From contig CAVSLV010000001.1 of NCBI GenBank assembly GCA_963728915.1, forward strand, positions 1,280,001 to 1,344,000: a DNA stretch of 64,000 bases. Reading direction: 5' to 3'. Shown one piece after another: positions 62,591 through 64,000 of the stretch. Within the stretch, counting starts at the first letter, position 1, and each line of letters starts with the position of its first letter. The position numbers were made by a program, and so were the translations under genes. Origin of the DNA: an uncultured Gemmatimonadales bacterium (GTDB lineage: Bacteria > Gemmatimonadota > Gemmatimonadetes > Gemmatimonadales > GWC2-71-9). The notes beneath the pieces were generated by a model. That model saw nothing but the letters and a program-made list of their open reading frames with translations. It was not told the DNA's origin and did not search any database.

Positions 62591-64000
62591 ATGAAGAACT
62601 CTCGTCGACTCCATCTCGCCCTCGGGCTGCTGACCTTCCTGGCCACGGTCCCCCCGCTCGCTTCCCAGCAATCCCCGCAGATCGATCCCGGCTGGTCTCT
62701 CGCCGGCAAGGCGCGGGTGGCGGAGGCCCCCCACGCGATGGTGGTTTCGGGGAGCCCGATCGCCAGCCAAATCGGTCGGGACATTCTCCAGCAGGGAGGG
62801 AACGCGGTCGACGCCGCCGTGGCGGTGGGATTCGCCCTCGCGGTGGTGCATCCCGAGGCCGGGAACATCGGGGGCGGTGGATTCATGGTGATCCGGACCG
62901 CCAAGGGAGAGGTGCAGGCCCTCGATTATCGGGAAACCGCGCCGGGTGACGCCGGCAGGGACATGTATCTCAACCTTGGCGGCGATCCGACGCGCCTCAG
63001 CGTCACCGGCGCGCTCTCGGCGGGAGTGCCGGGGTCCGTGGCCGGGTTAGTGGAGGCGCATCGCCGCTACGGGCGGCTTCCGTTTCGGGCGGTGATCGCG
63101 CCGGCCATCGCGCTCGCGAGCAATGGCTTCCTTATCGACTCGTACCGGAGCCGTTCGATCGACGACGACCGCGACCGGCTGTATCTCTTTCCGGCCTCCC
63201 GCAAGCAGTTCCTGCCCGGCGGCAAAGCCCCCCTGGTGGGAACCCGGCTCAAGCAGCCCGATCTGGCCCGGACCCTCCAGGCCATCCGGGACCACGGCGC
63301 GGCCGGATTCTACCGGGGCAAGGTGGCGCGCCTGATCGTCGCCGAGATGGAGCGGAGTGGGGGGATCGTAACCCGCGAGGACTTGGCCGGATACCGCCCC
63401 ATCTGGCGGGAGCCGGTCGCCACCGTGTACCGCGGCCATACCATCTATTCGATGCCCCCGTCGAGCTCGGGTGGCGTCACCATGGCAACGATCCTGAACA
63501 TCATGGAAGGGTTCGGCCCCCTGCCCGGCTTCGGCTCAACCGCCCTGCTCCACAGGGAAACCGAGGCGATGCGGCGGGCGTTCATGGACCGCAACAGCTA
63601 TTTGGGCGACCCTGCGTTCGTGCAGGCGCCCATCGCCAGGCTCATGTCCAAGGAGCACGCCGAGAGCCTGCGGCGGCAGATCGATCTTCAGCATGCCACT
63701 CCCACACCGAAATTCCAGGCCAGCGCCGGCGGATCCTGGACCACCCACTACTCGGTGGTGGACGCGGACGGCAACGCGGTGAGCTGCACCACGACCCTCA
63801 ACAACAGCTACGGTTCCGCCGTCACCGTGACGGGCGCGGGGTTCCTCCTGAACGACGAAATGGACGATTTCGCCACCGCGCCGGGCAAACCGAACATGTA
63901 CGGCCTGGTCCAGGGAGAGGCCAACGCGGTACAACCGGATAAGCGGATGCTCTCGGCGATGACGCCGAGCATCGTACTCGATCCGGAAGGACAGCTCTTC
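62591..64000 (+). CDS. ggt: Gamma-glutamyltransferase (3' partial)
   Basis: Signal peptide; GGNAVDAAVA, AGNIGGGGF, DYRETAP, TTHYSVVD nucleophile, LNDEMDDF, KRMLSAMTP. Confidence 0.95.
   Translation, partial: MKNSRRLHLALGLLTFLATVPPLASQQSPQIDPGWSLAGKARVAEAPHAMVVSGSPIASQIGRDILQQGGNAVDAAVAVGFALAVVHPEAGNIGGGGFMVIRTAKGEVQALDYRETAPGDAGRDMYLNLGGDPTRLSVTGALSAGVPGSVAGLVEAHRRYGRLPFRAVIAPAIALASNGFLIDSYRSRSIDDDRDRLYLFPASRKQFLPGGKAPLVGTRLKQPDLARTLQAIRDHGAAGFYRGKVARLIVAEMERSGGIVTREDLAGYRPIWREPVATVYRGHTIYSMPPSSSGGVTMATILNIMEGFGPLPGFGSTALLHRETEAMRRAFMDRNSYLGDPAFVQAPIARLMSKEHAESLRRQIDLQHATPTPKFQASAGGSWTTHYSVVDADGNAVSCTTTLNNSYGSAVTVTGAGFLLNDEMDDFATAPGKPNMYGLVQGEANAVQPDKRMLSAMTPSIVLDPEGQLF

Overview
GC-rich bacterial chromosomal segment. 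Gene content (TIGR02999-type ECF + TPR kinase, GWxTD protein, bshB1, recR-mglBA, multi-permease MacAB-TolC) suggests Gemmatimonadota, which is inference only. Left to right: 5' part of a polytopic membrane protein; creatininase; TolC-MFP-ATPase operon with four MacB-like permeases; CMAS-type methyltransferase and bshB1; an ECF/Ser-Thr kinase pair divergent from two repeat-built envelope proteins; iscS-mnmA-S9 peptidase-ppk1; a long minus-strand run fba-ytxH-yihY-ffs-dnaX-ybaB-recR-orf-mglB-mglA-pgsA-cinA-grpE-dnaJ; an AT-richer DnaA-box cluster (candidate oriC) before pyk-MBL-pgi; toxin-antitoxin genes; a ~1090-aa surface lipoprotein; ispG-ccdA-tlpA; nrdJ; amidase-GWxTD; PP2C; murQ-anmK-nagZ-SSS; and ggt (partial). 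Main unexplained signals: six tandem-plus-inverted 7-9-mer repeat loci, a fixed TAnnnT-N6-start (leaderless) pattern at eight genes, an SRP RNA with a non-GNRA loop, and five genes with apparent small indels that are probably assembly errors. No tRNA, rRNA, CRISPR array or transposase was seen.
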